A stretch of DNA of 64,000 nucleotides, from positions 160,704,001-160,768,000 of the forward strand of contig OZ024740.1 of the NCBI GenBank assembly GCA_964016885.1. The letters are read 5' to 3'. This DNA is from Eledone cirrhosa (Eukaryota). Position 1 is the first letter of the stretch, and every line of letters begins with the position of its first letter. Made by a program: the position numbers and the translations under genes. Below the pieces are notes generated by a model. That model was not told the DNA's origin and made no database searches. It saw only the letters and a list, made by a program, of their open reading frames with translations. This document shows positions 40,155 to 52,375 of this stretch, one piece after another.

Positions 40155-40582
40155 GAAGGAAATTCCTTGACCTCTTAGACAAACATTTTCCTCCTAATCA
40201 TAGATATTATAAGATATTTAATAGAAATGTAGTTAAAATCAGTTACTCTTGCTGCCCATCAAGGAAGTCTAAAATCACTAATTCTAATCGTACGAGAATA
40301 AATCCAGGATGCAGTTGCAGGAAGCCGGATGAATGCCCATTACAGGGCAAATGTAACACCAAATCCGTTGTATATGAGGCCAAAGTGACACCTTTTGTTA
40401 ATAACCAGCCAGCCAGGAGTGAATGATATGTTGGCATCACTCATTTATTTTTTAGGTTTTTAAAATCCACTGTCAATAAATACACCAGGATTTTTTCATT
40501 CTGATGAGTGAAAGCAAATTTTGTTTGATTTCAAGAAACCACTGGTAAATGAAATAATTATCTTATGTTGTTTATTACATAA
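40155..40582 (+). mobile_element. Penelope-like element fragment (Cys-rich linker + GIY-YIG start), right part
   Basis: Reads RKFLDLLDKHFPPNHRYYKIFNRNVVKISYSCCPS..CSCRKPDECPLQGKCNTKSVVYEAKV..YVGIT. Confidence 0.85.
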
Positions 40583-40906
40583 CTATTAAGCTTTGTAACC
40601 TACATAGGGTACTCTTTTTTCCTGGACCTTTTTGACGGAATTACTACATTTATATAAATCAAGGCAGAATCAGTTCCCGTATGAACATGACAAGGTCAAC
40701 TGACTGGACACTGCCCACAACAGGACAACCCGTCTAACCCATGCTAGCATGGAAGAACGGATGTAAAACGATGATGATGATGATATATATATATATATAT
40801 GATGGCGACTTGAATGAACGTGTTTTTTCTTTAAGAATTTTTTTTTTGCTTTTGCCACTGCCCACTCCCCTCAACTTTTCTATTTCTTTTTTGATTTCTC
40901 ATTCTA

Positions 40907-40945
40907 TTTTCTGATGAAGGACTAGCAGCTGAAACGTTAAAACTC
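40907..40945 (+). ncRNA. Degenerate minimal hammerhead
   Basis: tttt-CTGATGA-aggactagcagct-GAAA-cgt-TA-aaa; weak stem II; related relic at ~63372-63402. Confidence 0.45.
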
Positions 40946-41431
40946 TTTTCCTACTATAGAAAACATAAAACTGATAATATATTTCTTCATTGTACTGTGT
41001 TATTTGCTTTGTTATTTCTGTTTGACTTTTGCATGATATGTTGGTATAGAGACATGTCCAACTTATGCAAGCAGGTGAAACTAGACATAAAATGATGATA
41101 TATATATATATATATATATATATGTATACATGAATGTAGGTTGTTTCAATGATTAGATTGTTTCGATAATGTATGATAATGAATTTTTTTTCTTTTTTGA
41201 ATATTTAAGTGGGAATACTAAATTCATACACAAATATGAATTCCTCAAATTAAAGCCAGTTGATATTCATATGTGTGTACGAATTCATATATATATGTAT
41301 GTTTGTGTATATATATATATATATATATATATGGAATAGAATGAAACGAATGCAAATTAGGCTGCTCAGCCGTTAATTTTCATAAGGAAAGTATATACTT
41401 TCGAACGTTCAACCATCTGGCAGAAAGGTAT

Positions 41432-41474
41432 ACGGTGCTGACGATAGCTAACAAGCTTGAAACTAGTACATCGT
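41432..41474 (+). ncRNA. Minimal type-I hammerhead ribozyme (PLE pLTR type)
   Basis: acggtg-CTGACGA-t agct aaca agct t-GAAA-ctag-TA-catcgt: stem I acggtg/catcgt, stem II agct/agct, palindromic stem III ACTAGT, GUA cleavage triplet. Confidence 0.82.
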
Positions 41475-42091
41475 TCCTGTGTCAGTGTTGAACAAAAAGG
41501 TGAGTGGTTGCCTGAACACTGTACGGCGTAAATCAGGCTGTTCGTTTGTTTACAAACGAACAAAGCGAACATTATAATAAATGTTCGGTAAACTGATACG
41601 TGCATATATATGTGTGCCTGTATATATATATATATGCATGCTACTGTACGTCTGTATACATATATGTATGTACGTATACATACATACTTACATTTATATA
41701 TATATAACAAAAACACCCAGTCTACACTGTAAAGCAGTCATGTATGTATCACAACAAAATGCTCCCAGTGCACACTGTAAATGTGGTTGGCCTCAGGAAG
41801 GGCATCCAGTCGTAGAAAACAAACCAATATCAAGCCTGAATGTCTCTCAATGGGACAGCACATTTTAACCATTCTAGTCTGGAAAATCGACATTTAATGA
41901 TGATGATGATAATGATGATATATATGTGTGTGTAACCCTTGCAAGTGTGGTGAATGGATGTAAAATGATGATGTTGATTAAGATTTAGATACACAAACAT
42001 ACACTGACTGTTTGAGAAGCAAGAACTATTAGCTAACTTTGAAATAAACAGTCACTGTTAATAATACATATATAATATATAAATATATATC

Positions 42092-42400
42092 AAGAAAAAC
42101 CTGGGATGAGGTGATAAAAACTGAAGTTGCTCACGTACACCTCTCTAAGACAATGTCTATAGATCGAGATGTTTGGTGCCATGAAGTTGTACAAAAGACC
42201 CACATTCCCTTCCATACAAACCTACAGTCAGTAGGCACCTCTTAACCCAATATACACCCCACCCCACACACCTACCACATCCTCCCATTTCTGACCACTA
42301 TGTCGGTGACACAACAAAAAGCACCCAGTCCACATTGTAAAGTGGTAATGTAGGAGTCACGGTAAAACGGCTCCCAGTCCACACTGTAAAAGTGGTCCAT
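42092..42400 (+). mobile_element. 3' fragment of RTE family B
   Basis: aagaaaaacctgggatgaggtgata.. followed by the family-B 3' UTR motifs. Confidence 0.7.
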
Positions 42401-42410
42401 ATATATATAT

Positions 42411-42746
42411 GGAGGCACATGGCTTAGTGGTTAGAGCATTGGCCTTGCAATCGAAAGGTTGTGAGTTCAATTCTGAGACCGGGTGATGTGATGTTTCCTT
42501 CAGCAAGACACTTTATTTCACATTGCTCCAGTTTACTCAGCTGTAGAAATGAGATGATAGGGACTGGGGTCCATATCATTCCACTGCAAAGTGGTCGTGG
42601 AGGTGCCACGCAAAAAAGCACCCAGCACTCACTGTAAATGAGGTTGGTGTTAGGAAGGGCATCCAGCTGTAGAAATCAAGCCAGAATCAGTTCCCATCCC
42701 ACCCTTGCAAGCTGGGAAAAAGCGGATGTAAAATGAAATGATGATA
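42411..42746 (+). mobile_element. tRNA-derived SINE family 2 with RTE-derived 5' and 3' modules
   Basis: tggcttagtggttagagc (A box), gagttcaattc (B box), gcaagacacttt core, RTE 5'UTR motif, RTE-A 3' end ccacccttgcaagctgggaaaa. Confidence 0.85.
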
Positions 42747-42912
42747 TATATATATATATATATATATACGTATATATATATTTTTATATACATTCATCTG
42801 CACACATACAGCAAACATATATATCTATGTGTATGTATATATGTGTGTGTATATATATTCATATGTATATAAATGTACGTGTATATATATATATATCCAT
42901 ATGTATACAAAT

Positions 42913-42943
<31 letters not shown>

Positions 42944-43255
42944 ATATGCATATATATAATTTTCATTTTACTATCAATAAAACCCCCCCATAAATAGGTG
43001 TTTTATTCTCTATTCTCTTCAAAAATTCTCCACTATTCAAAGTAATATCCTTAACTTAAACACAGCTATCAATTGAATACTGTAAATTTGATGTTAATTT
43101 CAGGATTTTCCCTGTCATAAATCCTGTTCTTAACATTGACATTTTTACATAGACCTGTCATATTATTTTTTCCAGATTTCATACAACCACATCTTTAATT
43201 TGATTTTAGCAGAATTACACTCAGTTAAAAATAAATAAATACATCTAAACATAAA

Positions 43256-43301
<46 letters not shown>

Positions 43302-43352
43302 GATACACATATATATATATATTATGTGAATATATTGTATATGTATTTATGT

Positions 43353-43411
<59 letters not shown>

Positions 43412-43500
43412 TTAATATAGATGAGATTCTACAGGACTAGAACTGTACAGGATTAAAACTGTTACTGTGGTTACCTCCGATTCAACCCGGAATAATGTAC

Positions 43501-43533
<33 letters not shown>

Positions 43534-43621
43534 TATACATACATATATATACATAGATACACATATATATATATATTATGTGAATATATTGTATATGTAT
43601 CACACACACACATATATGTAT

Positions 43622-43936
43622 ATCATCATCATCATCATCATCATTTTACGTCCACTTTTCCCTGCTTGCAAGGGTGGGACGGGAACTGATTCTGGCTTGA
43701 TTTCTACAGCTGGATGCCCTTCATAACACCAACGTCATTTACAGTGAGTGCTGGGTGCTTTTTTTCCGTGGCACCTACATGTCCACTTTACAGTGTGGGC
43801 TGGGTGCTTTTTTGCCGTGGCACATCCATGACCACTTTGCAATGGAATGATCGGGACCCCAGTCCCTATCATCTCATTTCTACAGCTGAGTAAACTGGAA
43901 CAATGTGAAATAAAATGTCTTGCTCAAGGAAACAAC
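43622..43936 (-). mobile_element. SINE family 2, 5'-truncated, inverted relative to 42411
   Basis: Reverse complement of family 2 with an (ATC)n tail. Confidence 0.85.
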
Positions 43937-44412
43937 ACACACATATATATATATATATAAGAATCTGCATGATATGAAGATGAAATTTATTTCATATTTT
44001 TCCAGGATATAAAAAATGTAAAAATTCAGTATTGTTTTTCTTTTCGTATACTGACAAATGTTTTTGGAAGAAGATATTTGTGCTTGTATTTATTTTGTTG
44101 TGTCTATTTTTGTTTGGTTTCTTATTAGGTTTTCTTCATATTTCCTGTTCTATCTTTCTTTCCCTCTTTATAAACTGATTAATCAAAACCAAATTTTTCA
44201 AATATATTTTCTTATGCTGTGTGTATGTAAGTGTGGGGGTATCATGATACATTTGTGTGTATTACCACTTACATATATTACAATACATGTGTGTATACCT
44301 TCTAATATACATATATCACAACACCCCTTTATATGTATGTATGAATGTATATTACCATATAATTTTATATATTACAAGTGGGTGCTTTACCATACACATA
44401 TTTCAAACTATG

Positions 44413-44532
44413 TGTGTATTATACATATATTACAGCATGTGTTTGTGTATATGTATATGATGTTTGTGTATATATATATATATCATCATATACATATACA
44501 CAAATACATGCTGTAATATATGTATAATACAC
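44413..44532. repeat. Local inverted duplication (~50-bp arms)
   Basis: tgtgtattatacatatattacagcatg..gatg / catc..catgctgtaatatatgtataatacaca. Confidence 0.8.
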
Positions 44533-45099
44533 ATGCTGTAATGTATATGATGATATATATATATATACACAAACATCATATATATCATCATATACATATA
44601 TCTCAATATGTAAGTTATAAAAGCACACTTTGTACAAATTATGTTTGCTATAAAAAAAGATAAGATATTAAACTTTTTAAAAAAGTCATGTAAACATATA
44701 CTCACACAAACCCATTTTATGTTTGTGTATATAATAGAGATTATGTATATCGAATATAGAATAGAATGTGTGCACATCTATTTTCCAATATTTTCTAAGT
44801 AGTTAAAGTTAATCCACTATCCATATGCTGTGAGTTCAAATATTGCTAATGTTTATCATTTTTTCTTTATTTGGCCAAGCAAGCTGTAACCTAAATACTG
44901 TTTGGTGTAGGTATAGCTATGTGGTGAAGAAGTTTGCTTGCTACAATGTTGCTTTAGGTTTAGTCCCATTGTGTGGAACATCAGGCAAGTGTTTTTTTTT
45001 TCTATTACAGCCTTGGGCTCATCAGCGCCATGTGGTGAAGATTAATTAGATGTCACTTAGGACACTCACTTCGCTTCAATTAATTTCTAGAAATCCTTA

Positions 45100-46050
45100 T
45101 AGTTTTAGTGCATTAAGGTGTCACAGCATGTAGCATTTCAGATGAGGAACCTACTCCTGTAAAACGGGAAGATTGTCATGCCTTCTGGTCTTTTGCTCTC
45201 CCCTCAGCCAAGCCTTACGGGTTCAAGCTGGGAAGGGAAGACTGCACCATCCAGGCCATGCTTTATGATCTCATTGAGAGCAGCATGATGTGGGAGTCTG
45301 CTAACACTATAATGGCATGGCAGTGAGTGGAGACTGAAAGGATCCACAATGGTACTGCAGTGGCATTTGTGACCTCACAGACTTGGAGACTGAACTTCAG
45401 GAAACACTGATGCACAAAGAGTCGCTGTCCAATCGAGTAGATACCAGTCACAAGTAACAGAACTACATTAAGCCAAGCACTACTGTGAGGTTGGGAGGCC
45501 AAGTGAAAATATGCCAGATGGTGCTGGTCAATCTGGCACACCACCCTGTCTGAGGTCATGTTGCATTGGATAGCATGCTATTTGTTTTGGGAGTACTGGA
45601 CATCTATGGTTCCATGTTGCATAGGCCACTTTACATTCCCTGATTACAGAAGGTTTAGTTGTGTTGTGGAGAACCCTGTTCATGAGGACATGGCAAAAGG
45701 TCACCAATGAAAAGAAAGCAGGCAGGGCTAGTGAGACTGGAGACCAGAGACCAAGGCTGCCATATATGAGGAGTAAGGAGGCCTGTTGTCATCCACTGTC
45801 ATAAAACTGTATGTTGTATATCTCCTCAGCAGCCCATTGGATGCAGACATCAAGATCTGTGAGGAGAGATGCTTGGCTGTAGCAGGATGTACTGCAGAAG
45901 GTGTATAAGAGCTTCAGTATGGTGAAGCAATTTCTATACAGAAAGAGTGCTGGGTAGGCAGCAATCAGATTTAGTTTACTCATCATGGTTTCTAGCTGGC
46001 ATCGCCTGAATCCGAGGGTTGAGCAAATGGCAGGCAGGATGATTGGTGAT
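45100..46050 (-). mobile_element. CRE-clade (restriction-like endonuclease) non-LTR relic
   Basis: ALFLYRNC..KLLY..QQASL; HHAALNEIIKHGL..LEP..KRPEGMTIFP..ATCCDT (compare the RPDG RLE motif). Confidence 0.72.
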
Positions 46051-46317
46051 TTAGGGAAGTCATTTGTTGGGGAAACAGTAAACACTATTTCACTTTGCAC
46101 CTGTGGCTCAAAATCAGCAGCACCACACATATTCACTTGTTTTCTCTTTCATGAATTTTCCACACATTTGCTCACTTGATGTTAAAATGATGCACAAAAG
46201 TTGTGCACCATTTTTAACATCGAGTGAGAGAATTCAACAGTGGTTATATGTTTTGCAAGTGTAAAAGTAAAATAGCACCAGAAAATATTAGACACAAAAA
46301 AATATATATATATATAG

Positions 46318-47490
46318 AAAGGGTTTCAAAGTCAACTGACAAAGACTAAGGTTCTTGTAAGTAGATGAGAAAACAGAACCCAGATTCCCTCAGGGAAATG
46401 GCCTTGCTCAGTGTGTAGGAAAGGTGTAGGTATGAACTCCATCCTCTGCCCCAAATGCAAACAATGGGTACACAAGAGATGTAGTGGAATCTCAGGAAGT
46501 TTAACTAAGAATGTAGGCTTCATATGTAGCAGCTGCGCTGGGACAGCAAGCAGCAAACAACCACAGGAAACAAGCACCACCAAACTCTGGGAGGGCTCTG
46601 TAGAAACAGTAGACAGCTTCTACTACCTAGATGACCGAATTAGCAGCTGAGGTGGATGTTTGGAAAGTACAATAACTAGGGTAAGAACGGGATGGAAGAA
46701 GTTCAGGGAGCCACTGCTAGCTGCAAAAGGCTTTTCCCTCAAAATGAAAGGCAGACTGTATGATGCGTGTATACGAACAGTAATATTACATGGATTGAAA
46801 CCAGGGTGCTGTCTGTAGAAGACTTGCGCAGATTAGAGAGAAACAAAGCTTGCATGCTCCGATGGATGTGTAATAGTAATATATGCGAACAGCAAAGTAT
46901 AAACGAATTGAGAGAGAGACTGAGCATCAGAGGAATCAAATGCTGTGTGCAGGAGAGGAGGTTACGTTGGTATGGAGAAGTGATGCGTCTGAAGGATGAC
47001 TGCTGCATAAAAAGGTGCAGAGCACTAGAAGTCGATGGAAGCCGTGGAGTGGGGAGACCCAAGAAGACCTGGGATGAGGTGATAAAGGCCGACCTTACCC
47101 AATTGCACCTCTCAAGAGCAATAACACACGACCATTACCTCTGGTGTTACGCAGTAACACAGAAGACCCAACCCCTCACAGGAACAAGCCAAAGCTGAAT
47201 CATATAGGCAATTTGCCTCCACACCTTCACACTGCAAAGTGGTCGTGGAGGTGCCACAGCAAAAAAAACCCAGCCAACACTGTAAAGCGGACGTGTAGGC
47301 GCTACGGGGAAAAGCACCCAGCACTCACTGTAAATGAGGTTGGTGTTAGGAAGGCCATCACGCTGTAGAAATCAAGCCAGAATCAGTTCCTGTATGAGCA
47401 AGACAAGGTCAGCTGACTGGACACTGCTCACAACAGGACAACCCGTCTAACCCATGCTAGCATGGAAGAATGGACATAAAATGATGCTGA
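46318..47490 (+). mobile_element. 5'-truncated decayed RTE (family B-like)
   Basis: PHD (CPKCKQWVHKRC) and C-terminal RT pieces in ORFs 46411 and 46767, followed by the same composite 3' UTR. Confidence 0.88.
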
Positions 47491-47674
47491 TATATATTCG
47501 CTGATTTTTTATTTTTTACTAATAGTGTATATAATTATGAACAACAATTGCTTAATTTTTTTGTCATCACTTGCAATGCTAACCCTTACCATAAAAAGAA
47601 ATTATATACTTTATAATTAAATTTAATAAAACAGTTTCAAATGGTCATATTTCCTTTCATGTGTTCGTTAATAC

Positions 47675-47736
<62 letters not shown>

Positions 47737-47737
47737 C
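47675..47737. repeat. (TAG)n microsatellite
   Basis: Read directly. Confidence 0.95.
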
Positions 47738-47789
47738 AGCATCCACCACATAAGTCATCGTTATTTGTTATTATATCATATTTTTACTA

Positions 47790-47975
47790 TGGTGGATTGG
47801 CAGTATTGGGAGAGGGTCGAACGCCATGCTTTGACGCAATGAGTTACTGCCCTTGCCATTCTGAGTTCAAATCCCACCGAGGTTAACTTTGCCTTTCATC
47901 CTTACGGGGTCGATAAAATAAAGTACCAGTAATGCACTGGGTAATTGCTGGCCTTGTGCCAAAAGTAGAAACAAT
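47790..47975 (+). mobile_element. SINE family 1
   Basis: Family match; 20-bp TSD attatatcatatttttacta. Confidence 0.88.
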
Positions 47976-48049
47976 TATATCATATTTTTACTACAGCATA
48001 AAAAGTCAGTTTATGAACCAGTAACAAATTTGCTAAACATTTGTGGTAT

Positions 48050-48435
48050 GTACATATAGTATATTTGATAATATACTGTATGTTTATTTAAAAACATTTT
48101 GAAGACCATTCGCTATGAGGTTTAAAGTAGTGACTACATCACTTACTTAGACTTGGCAAAAGCAAAGGGAAGTAATCGACGACCATTTCTTGCTTGTTAG
48201 CAGTTGTCAAGATTACATATCCCCTCACGTCTGCCAAGACATATAGAAGCTGGGTTCTTATAGTTTTCCAGTAATGTTTAAGAACTGATTAAACAGAGCG
48301 ATTGCTGGTCCAGCAAACATTAGGAAATAGTATTGGTGCTCTGAAATAAGGATGTATGTATGAATGTACATATAGTATATTTGATAATATACTGTATGTT
48401 TATTTTAAAACATTTTGAAGACCCTTCGCTATGAG
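48050..48435. repeat. ~70-bp direct repeat (48050-48119 and 48366-48435)
   Basis: gtacatatagtatatttgataatatactgtatg..gaagacc.ttcgctatgag, twice. Confidence 0.8.
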
Positions 48436-48687
48436 TTTTACTTGATAATAAGGGGACAGCCATCATATATATATATATATTTAATACATTAACAGAGAAA
48501 GCTTTAAGCAATACTCTGACCGACTTCCATCTCACTCAACAAACATTAGGATATACCTTAGTATAATCCAAATTATACGTTTGGGGTGCTAACTATACAA
48601 ATTTTTCGGATAGCCAGTTGTATTATTTTATATGAGACATAATTAAATACATCCCTCTTATATATATATATATATGTGTGTGTGTGT

Positions 48688-49185
48688 CAGGTTGCTCTTC
48701 AGTGCTACTTGTAAAATGTAACCCAGAAAACCTGTGGATGGCTGGGTCATTAGTGAGTAAACTGGCAATCCCACCAAGCTTGCTTGATGAGGAGATGGAT
48801 TTTGAACACTCTGCAGGATGAAAAACAAAAGTTTTTTTTAGGGGGGGGGGGGAGACTCCTAGTCTTCATAAAGACATCTTTCTAGGAGAAGGTAACTCTA
48901 ATATAAACCCCAGTTACTTCCTCTGCATCCAATGATGTAGACCAGATCTACTTTTTAGGTAAATGCATTTGACGTTCAGAGAGTGGGATTAGCCCTGTGC
49001 AAAGCCTTTTCTCACTTAAAAAAGCTTCAAGTGCAGGCATTGCTTGATATGTGACATATTTTGTAATGCCTAACATTGATGGACATAGGAGAGTCCCTAG
49101 CAGGACTATAAAAGCCATGGTCATGATTCTCTTGATAAAGTATCAAGCAATGGCATTCCTCAAAATCAAGTTGCAGCCATCATGT
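48688..49185 (+). mobile_element. Older copy of the same ~500-bp element
   Basis: agtgctac..atgtaacccag..ggcaatcccaccaag..ctaggagaaggtaactc..gccatcatg. Confidence 0.6.
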
Positions 49186-50042
49186 ATATATATATAGATA
49201 TATCATCATCATCATCCCTGTTTTATTTCCATTCTTCCATGCTAGCATGGGTTAGACGGGTTGTCCTGTTGTGAGCAATGCCAGGTCAGGTGACCATGTC
49301 TTGCTCATACAGAACTGATTTTGGCTTGATATCTACAGCTGTATGCCCTTCCTAACACCAACCTCATTTACAGTGAGTACTGTGTGCTTTTTCACCGTGA
49401 CGCCTACACAACCACTTTAGAATGGGTGCTTTTTGTCATGACATCTACACAACTACTTTATAAAGAGACCCACTATTTAGCCAAAATAAAATGAATATAT
49501 ATATAAATATAAAGAGAGGGATAGAGAGTGATTTAATTGTTGTATATCTGTTTCAGCTAATACTTTAAATTCACTGCCATTTTTTCTTAGGGAAATAAAA
49601 TTTATATTCTGCTTGCATGTATTGAGTGCTCATTCAGTTAATGTTTAACTGGTCTATATATGTTGGTATATAAAACAGCTCCTACATTTCATATATATCT
49701 ATATCATGATAATGATGAGGATCATCATATATTTATAGTAATATATTTGTATACATTATACATTAGTGTAACATTATTTGATATAGAACATTATATGAAA
49801 TGTACAGTCAAATAAATAATTTTATAATATATATATATATATATATATACAAACAAACATACATACTTGCTCACAAATGTATATAATCATATATATCACC
49901 ATGTGAAACATCTAACATTAGTTGTAATTGTATGTTTCTATATTTAAAAAAAAATAAAAAAAATAAAAAATAAACATTTCCCAAATTTTAATACTAAACT
50001 ATAACCACTATTTAATGTCATACTTATTCTTTCTATTTGCAG

Positions 50043-50165
50043 ACTATCGTATGAGATGTTAGTTGGTGGTGTTCTTAACTTGAGAGTTGAACATTTTCAA
50101 ATGGTCAATGGATATTCAAATTTATACTGGGGCTGGGGAGCTGAAGATGATGATATGGCTTATAG
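50043..50165 (+). CDS. Internal coding exon of a GT7-family beta-1,4-galactosyl/N-acetylgalactosaminyltransferase (B4GALT/bre-4-like)
   Basis: Pyrimidine-rich acceptor ttctttctatttgcAG and donor GTaggc. The 123-bp phase-2/2 exon translates LSYEMLVGGVLNLRVEHFQMVNGYSNLYWGWGAEDDDMAY(R), matching the GT7 WGWGxEDDD catalytic motif. Too short for the ORF track. Confidence 0.93.
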
Positions 50166-50990
50166 GTAGGCACTTTTTTTTTATAATCTATCAACATTTC
50201 TAATTCTTTTTAATTCCTGTTCATGTTTTATCATAATTATCATTCCTTAATGTCCACTTTCCCTGCCATATATATATATATCATTCTATATTCATATATA
50301 TATATCATTCTATATTCATATATATATATATATCATTCTCATCATCATCACCACCATTTTAACTCTTTTTTTCTGCCTTAGCATGGGCTGAATGAATTGT
50401 CACATTCTTTGACTAGCCAGGTTTTATGGCCAAGCACTACACATACATTCAAATCTGGCATGGTTTCTGCAGCTGGATATTCTTCCAATTACCAACTGCA
50501 TTACAGTGTGTACTGGATGCTTATCATTGCATATATAGCAGTTGTTAAGATGATTGCTTGTTGTGACCAGATGTGTGGTTTGTATTAGTGATTTAGTTGG
50601 TCAGTTGCTCTTTCTAATATAAAGTGCTTTGTAAATGTTTGTGACTTATGCCAAAGGAATTGGTTTTTGTGTCTCAGCGAGTGTAGTTGTGTGGTCACCA
50701 TAACCAGTACTTGAAAGTGAAATTGTCATTAATGCTATTCAAAGAACAATAACAAAGCCTGCTACTTTCAAACTTTTTATTAAGAAATAACTTACGTTGA
50801 AGTTATTATGATAACACAGGAAAAACAGCGAAAAGTTAAAGTATAATTGTATGTTATGTTTGTGTGATATTTTTGGTATGGATGCTGTAGTAGTCTGAAA
50901 AGTTGTACGGAACCAACCTTTGGAATTAAATAGGTTTATAACTGTCTCAGCTTGCTGACTGAAAAGAGCCAAAACTACTTCATTCTCAAC

Positions 50991-51287
50991 CAGTGTTTCC
51001 CAGCGTGGGGTGCATGCCCCACAGGGGAGCAATTTGAATATTGAAAATGATGTTAATGAGACCAAACTTCAGGTTTTACCTTATTACCAAGGCAACTTTG
51101 GAACAAATTACTGTCGGAAACACCTGTCTCACCTCCTCCACACACATTATTTTGCATCTGGAATCACCTATACACCAATTTGTTTATACTTTATAGTTGA
51201 TCATCACTGTTTTTATATCAAAGGAAGGCATAAAAATGTTTGAGATGTTGAGGTGGAGCATGGGGCCCAAAAGTTTGGGAACCACTG
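50991..51287. mobile_element. hAT (Charlie-like) non-autonomous element
   Basis: TIRs cagtgtttccca / tgggaaccactg; 8-bp flanks ttctcaac / ttctagac. Confidence 0.75.
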
Positions 51288-51595
51288 TTCTAGACCCTGT
51301 CACAAACTTAACTGGACTGAATGCTGGACAGCTGTAAGCAGACTGTTTATGAGAATTGTGTTATCTTGACAATAAGCAGATGTACCCCCCCCCCCCCCAG
51401 AAAACTGTATTCTTCCAGAGAGTTTGGTGATATGAGTTTCCAAAACAAAAAAAATAAAATACGCTGACTACACTATGGTACAGAAGTAATTGCTTATCTA
51501 TAAGGTCATAAATTATTGTATGTGGTTGTATGATTTTGTCACCAACCAGGAGAACATTAGTTTAAATCTCACTGCATAGATTCACTATACATACA

Positions 51596-52124
51596 TGATG
51601 GTTGCCCCCTCGTTATCAAGTATGGCCATTGCACGATATACCATTATTAATAATTAATTAATTCTATCGTGCAATGTCTGTGCATGAAGATTTTTTTAAA
51701 GTGAGGAAAGACTGTGCACTGAGCCAATCCCACTCTCTGAGCGACAGTAGCTATAACCTGAAAAGAAGAAAAGATCAACATCATCGGTAACTACTGTACC
51801 ACAGGTTTTATATCGGAGTTATCCCAGTTTCCTGAGTTGCCTTCTCCTAGAAGAATGCCCTGATAAAGACTAGGGGTCCTTCACTCCCAGTGGCTTAACT
51901 GCGCCGTACATGTCTATATACATATTTACACACTTTTGGATGGCCGTTCACTCTTATTAGTTCTTCCACTCTTTGTCAGGTTTTGTTTTTTGTCCTGCAG
52001 GGTGTCCAAAATCACCCTCCTCACCAAGTAAACTTGGTGGGGTTGCCGGTCTAGTCGCCGACGACCCGACCATGGGACTGGTTGTACTGGGTTACATGTT
52101 ACCAGTAGCACTTAAGAGTGACCC
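51596..52124 (-). mobile_element. ~500-bp non-coding RTE-related element
   Basis: Homologous end to end with 48688-49185 (+); contains the RTE-5'UTR-like motif ctaggagaaggcaactc. Confidence 0.65.
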
Positions 52125-52336
52125 GAAATACATACATACATATATATATATATAAAAATTAGAATTGGAGCTCTGAAATAGCAAAACCAAAGCGAAACAA
52201 GTCTTGTCGGCTTATCTCCCCTGTTTGCTGAGATCAAAGTGAGTGAATTTGTCACTACTTTAAAACAATAGCTTACGGTCTTCAAAATGCTTTTAATTAA
52301 GCATAAAGTGTATTGCAAAATACATTATATATACAT

Positions 52337-52372
<36 letters not shown>

Positions 52373-52375
52373 GTT

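Noticed and set aside
40495-40545. CTGATGA-gt-GAAA hammerhead (mirror copy at ~35235-35285)
   Set aside because: Only 2 nt are available for stem II and there is no convincing stem I
42411-42485. tRNA gene
   Set aside because: A and B boxes are present, but they run into a SINE body and I could not fold a full cloverleaf
43415-43475. Possible hammerhead relic
   Set aside because: Both core segments are mutated; too degenerate to call
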